Positions 60,398-64,000 of a DNA stretch of 64,000 nt are shown here, piece by piece; the first letter of the stretch is position 1, and every line of letters starts with the position of its first letter. The notes below the pieces were generated by a model. The model did no database searches and was not told the DNA's origin. It saw only the letters and a list, made by a program, of their open reading frames with translations. The position numbers were made by a program, and so were the translations under genes. The DNA is taken from positions 416,001 to 480,000 of the forward strand of contig CAVTQK010000021.1 in NCBI GenBank assembly GCA_963736855.1, in the 5' to 3' direction. This DNA comes from an uncultured delta proteobacterium. Its GTDB lineage: Bacteria > Desulfobacterota > Desulfobacteria > Desulfobacterales > UBA2156.

Positions 60398-61140
60398 GAC
60401 GAACTCGTAAAAAGGTATTCCGGTCTGACCCGGTGCAATGCATGAAAAAGATTCCCCTTGATTTTCCGATTTCTTTGGCTCATCTGATCCAAAAACGATT
60501 TGATCTCGCTGCGTTTTGAAAAACCCGCCGTAGGACAGGGGTTGTGGAATATCGGAAAAGAGGTTTCTTTCGCAAATCGACGGATAAGGGTTTCATCCAC
60601 GTATACCAAGGGCCGGATCAAGGTGAACTTCCCGTCGAAGAAGGTTTGAACCGGAAGCATGGTGCTGATTTCGCCGGCATAGAACATATTCAGAAGGAGT
60701 GTGGTGATGACGTCATCCTTGTTATGTCCTAAAGCCAGCTTATTGCAACCTAGCGCGTTCATCAGTTCAAAAAGCCTTTTTCGGCGCAGCCGGGCACATA
60801 AGAAGCAGGGATTCTCCCGGTTTTGAGGGCTGTGTCCCCTGACACCGTGATCCGATCGATCCAGGTAAAAAGGGTATTCCTGTTTTTCGCAATACGCCTT
60901 GAGGGCCTCTGAAAATCCGCCGTCAAATCCCGGATCTACGTGAATACCGATCAGTTCGTAATGAACGGGGGCCCGGCTTTGTCGTTCCCGTAATATCTGC
61001 ATCAGGCAGAGGCTGTCTTTGCCCCCGGAAAGCCCGATAGCGATCCGGTCCCCCTCTTCGATCATCCGGTATCGGTGCAACGCCTTTCCGAGAAAGCGGT
61101 TGATGGTTTTATAGGTATAGGTATGGTTGCGTCGGTTCAC
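60394..61140 (-). CDS. ttcA: TtcA-family tRNA 2-thiocytidine biosynthesis protein
   Basis: PP-loop SGGKDS, CFLCARLRR, LALGHNKDD, IRPL and C-terminal CP. Confidence 0.82.
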   Translation of the reverse strand: MNRRNHTYTYKTINRFLGKALHRYRMIEEGDRIAIGLSGGKDSLCLMQILRERQSRAPVHYELIGIHVDPGFDGGFSEALKAYCEKQEYPFYLDRSDHGVRGHSPQNRENPCFLCARLRRKRLFELMNALGCNKLALGHNKDDVITTLLLNMFYAGEISTMLPVQTFFDGKFTLIRPLVYVDETLIRRFAKETSFPIFHNPCPTAGFSKRSEIKSFLDQMSQRNRKIKGNLFHALHRVRPEYLFTSSS

Positions 61141-61161
61141 GATGGTCGGATATAGGGACGG

Positions 61162-61371
61162 CTATGCCTGGCCCGTCTTCCCGTCTCCCTTGAGGACAAC
61201 TTTTCCGGCCGCAATTTCCCTAAGAGCCACGACAATGTCCTCGTTTTTCGGAGAACTGACCAAATACTCCGATCCCTCCCGGATCTGTCGGACTCGCTTT
61301 GCCGTCATGTGCACGAGCAGAAACCGATTCTTGACTCGCTTCAGACAATCTTCAATGGTAATTCTTGCCAA
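61162..61371 (-). CDS. rpoZ: RNA polymerase omega subunit
   Basis: MARITIEDCL..V.NRF.LV...AKR.RQ...ALREIA. Confidence 0.96.
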   Translation of the reverse strand: MARITIEDCLKRVKNRFLLVHMTAKRVRQIREGSEYLVSSPKNEDIVVALREIAAGKVVLKGDGKTGQA

Positions 61372-61400
61372 AACTCCACCTCCGTTATCTCATCTAAAAT

Positions 61401-61868
61401 TTACATAATCTCCATCAGTTCATAGCAGCGTCGGCCACCGGGGGTTTGCACATCGATTTCACTGCCGGGTTTCTTCCCGACAAGGGCTTTCCCCAAAGGA
61501 GACAGAATGGAAAGCCGTCCCTTTTCCACATTCGATTCATCGGGCCCCACCAACTGATAAGAAACCTGTTCGCCGGTATCGCTGTTTTCCAGGATGACGG
61601 TGGATCCGAAAACCGCCCGATCCTTCGGCAGATTTATCGGCTCAATAATGTCCGCATGGGCCAGCTTGTATTGCAATTCGCTCATACGGCGTTCGAGAAA
61701 CCCTTGTCGATCCTTGGCCGCTTCATATTCCGCATTTTCGGTCAGGTCTCCATGCCCACGGGCTTCCTCGATAGCCTCAATATTTTTCGGCCGCTCCACG
61801 GAACGCAGATGTTCCAATTCTTTTTTCAAGGCTTCGTATCCGTTGTGAGTGATGGGAATTCTTTCCAA
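61401..61868 (-). CDS. greA: Transcription elongation factor GreA
   Basis: AR.HGDL.ENAEY.AAK, FGS.V and S..SPLG.AL.GK motifs; TTG start with AGGAG RBS. Confidence 0.95.
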   Translation of the reverse strand: MERIPITHNGYEALKKELEHLRSVERPKNIEAIEEARGHGDLTENAEYEAAKDRQGFLERRMSELQYKLAHADIIEPINLPKDRAVFGSTVILENSDTGEQVSYQLVGPDESNVEKGRLSILSPLGKALVGKKPGSEIDVQTPGGRRCYELMEIM

Positions 61869-61879
61869 TGCGTATCTCC

Positions 61880-62902
61880 TCACAAGTATTTGTCGGCCAA
61901 GATTTCGGCAATCTGGACCGCATTGGTGGCAGCGCCCTTGCGAATGTTGTCGGCGACCACCCATATGTTGATGCCGTTTTCAATCGATTCGTCCTTTCGG
62001 ATGCGACCTACCAGGGTCAAATCCTGACCAGCGGCATCGATGGGCATGGGGTATCTATTCTGGGAAGGGTCATCCACCACTCTTACACCTGGAGCATTTT
62101 GAAGAATGGATCTCACCGCATCCGGGGATACAGGTTCGGCTGTCTCGATATTGATGGACTCGCTGTGTCCGAAAAAAACCGGAACGCGAATGGTTGTGGC
62201 CGTCACCCCGATTGAACGATCCTCCATGATTTTATGCGTTTCATGCACCATCTTCATCTCTTCTTTGGTGTATCCGCTTTCCAGGAAAACGTCGATATGC
62301 GGCAGACAGTTGAAGGCAATTCGATGGGGATAGACTTCCCGTTTGACATCCAAAAAGTGGATCATGGCCCGGGTTTGATCAAAAAGTTCGTGGATGGCCT
62401 TTTTACCGGTTCCGGATACGGCCTGATAGGTGGAGACCACGATCCGTTTGATCCTGAAACGTCGGTGTATCGGATTCAGGGCCACCACCATCTGAATGGT
62501 GGAGCAGTTGGGGTTGGCAATGATCCCTTTACGGGTGTAGTCTGCCACAGCATGGGGGTTGACCTCGGGGACCACCAACGGCACATCCGCATCCATCCGC
62601 CACGCACTCGAATTATCGATGACTATGCAGCCATCCTTTGCCGCATGAGGAGCAAAACGGATGCTGGTCCCCCCGCCGGCCGAAAACAGGGCGATGTCGA
62701 TGCCTTTAAAGGAGTCTTCTTTGAGCTCTTCCACAGGGACGGCCTCTCCCTTGAACCCTACCATTTTACCCGCGGACCGTTTGGACGCCAAGGCTTTTAG
62801 CGATTTAACCGGGAATTTTCTTTCTTCCAGGCATCGAATCATCTGGTCTCCCACTGCTCCGGTAGCCCCAGCTACCGCTACATGAAACGCTTTTACCGTC
62901 AT
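61880..62902 (-). CDS. asd: Aspartate-semialdehyde dehydrogenase
   Basis: GATGAVG, DNSSAWRM, PLVVPEVN, ANPNCSTIQ, YQAVSGTG, GHSE and DNIRKGAA motifs. Confidence 0.97.
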   Translation of the reverse strand: MTVKAFHVAVAGATGAVGDQMIRCLEERKFPVKSLKALASKRSAGKMVGFKGEAVPVEELKEDSFKGIDIALFSAGGGTSIRFAPHAAKDGCIVIDNSSAWRMDADVPLVVPEVNPHAVADYTRKGIIANPNCSTIQMVVALNPIHRRFRIKRIVVSTYQAVSGTGKKAIHELFDQTRAMIHFLDVKREVYPHRIAFNCLPHIDVFLESGYTKEEMKMVHETHKIMEDRSIGVTATTIRVPVFFGHSESINIETAEPVSPDAVRSILQNAPGVRVVDDPSQNRYPMPIDAAGQDLTLVGRIRKDESIENGINIWVVADNIRKGAATNAVQIAEILADKYL

Positions 62903-63048
62903 ATCTTCCCACCCTTTTTTACTAAATCACTGAAAATGTCCCGATTGTTCAGGCATGCCCGACTGTAATTCAATTGAATTAAACCTTTTACCCTTTTCTT
63001 GGCATTTGCATTGTCGTGGAGGCACTACACGATGTTTGAACACCGATA

Positions 63049-63840
63049 TTATTTTTGATGGACCGGAATGGCTTTTTTGTCGTCTTCCACCGGGAGATCT
63101 AAGAGTTCGGATTTTGGTTTCAAGTGGAGACGGAAGGCATTGACAAGGCCCGACAGGATATATGCAGCCCCGATAGTAAACAGGGCGATGGAGGGCAATG
63201 CGGCGATGAAAATCATCAGCAAAATTGCTGCCACCAAGACATTGAACTTCATTTTGTGAAACAGTTCGACGTCCTTGAAAGTTTTAAACGGGATGGTACT
63301 CACCATTAAAAAAGAAAGGGAATACAACAGGATCAACATGGCTAACGGATATGGGGAAAAATCGATTTTGTGGAAAAGCAAAACAGTGGAAGCACACATT
63401 CCGGCAGCTGCCGGAATGGGCAACCCGGTAAAATAAGGCGAACCGCTTTGTCCCTGCGCATTGAAACGGGCCAATCGCAACGCACCGCACGCCAGAAACA
63501 AGAATGCACCCAGCCATCCGATCCTTCCCAACGGTTTCAAAGCCCACAGGTATATCATCAACCCCGGGGCAAGGCCGAAGGTCATCAGGTCTGCTAACGA
63601 ATCGTATTCCATCCCAAACTTGCTATTCGTATTTGTGGCCCGAGCCACTTTTCCGTCCATAATATCAAATACCACCCCCAAAAGGATGGCTACTGCCGCT
63701 GCTACGAACTTCTGATTGATTGCCGCAACGGCAGCATAAAAACCAACAAAGAGATTACACGAGGTTAACAGATTCGGAAGTACGTAAATTCCTCGACCCC
63801 GCCTGGTCCTGTCTTTTTTTATTCGTTTTTTTCTTTTCAT
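63049..63840 (-). CDS. pssA: CDP-diacylglycerol--serine O-phosphatidyltransferase
   Basis: [15 protein letters not shown]...S.FG.EYDSLAD..TFG.AP, RLARFN and FTGLP.P motifs. Confidence 0.94.
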   Translation of the reverse strand: MKRKKRIKKDRTRRGRGIYVLPNLLTSCNLFVGFYAAVAAINQKFVAAAVAILLGVVFDIMDGKVARATNTNSKFGMEYDSLADLMTFGLAPGLMIYLWALKPLGRIGWLGAFLFLACGALRLARFNAQGQSGSPYFTGLPIPAAAGMCASTVLLFHKIDFSPYPLAMLILLYSLSFLMVSTIPFKTFKDVELFHKMKFNVLVAAILLMIFIAALPSIALFTIGAAYILSGLVNAFRLHLKPKSELLDLPVEDDKKAIPVHQK

Positions 63841-64000
63841 TTCAGATATCCTATGACTGAAATGCCCGCCCGGACGCGATCTCCGACATGTACCCGAAGC
63901 GGCGTCGATTCCGGAAGGTACAGATCGACACGTGATCCGAAACGGATCAACCCGAAGCGCTCTCCCCGGGCAAGCGCTTCATTTTCCCGAATTCTACAGA
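63837..64000 (-). CDS. psd: Phosphatidylserine decarboxylase proenzyme, 3' end only (truncated by window edge)
   Basis: Manual translation gives ...[19 protein letters not shown]...[15 protein letters not shown], with the FGS pyruvoyl cleavage motif; ATGA overlap with pssA. Confidence 0.9.
   Translation of the reverse strand, partial: CRIRENEALARGERFGLIRFGSRVDLYLPESTPLRVHVGDRVRAGISVIGYLK

Overview
Chromosomal segment of a deltaproteobacterium, most likely Desulfobacterales-like (inferred from gene content and order: fhs, tRNA-Sec, DUF3786 Fe-S protein, dnaG-rpoD-tRNA-Ile2-nif3-Zn ribbon-rnpB, YcaO-TPR). Most of it is housekeeping: recC-recB-recD, elbB, larC, RNase II-family nuclease, a heterodimeric ABC exporter, fhs, ispD, rnpB, rpoD, dnaG, hisAB, folE2, ttcA, rpoZ, greA, asd, pssA and partial psd, plus three tRNAs (Sec, Ile2-CAT, Ala-CGC). 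The main accessory block is an ~11 kb potassium-uptake cluster (15.6-26.5 kb) starting just past the 3' end of tRNA-Sec. It has two histidine kinases, a sigma54 activator, a readable sigma54 promoter with tandem palindromic enhancer sites, a REC-TPR regulator, TrkH and KtrB channels, three RCK subunits and an unknown pseudo-receiver/Cys4 protein. Other points of interest are a 153-bp MITE with a 7-bp target duplication, a very AT-rich in-frame patch inside recC, an orphan YcaO-TPR, a tandem SagB-type oxidase in a DUF2156-dtd-dacB operon, a dynamin-like/ParA pair, a large HPr-domain protein and a probable leaderless mRNA. Several +1 frameshifts (recB, ktrA, one kinase) look like long-read insertion errors. 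No CRISPR array, prophage or integrase was seen. All product calls come from motif recognition, not database searches.
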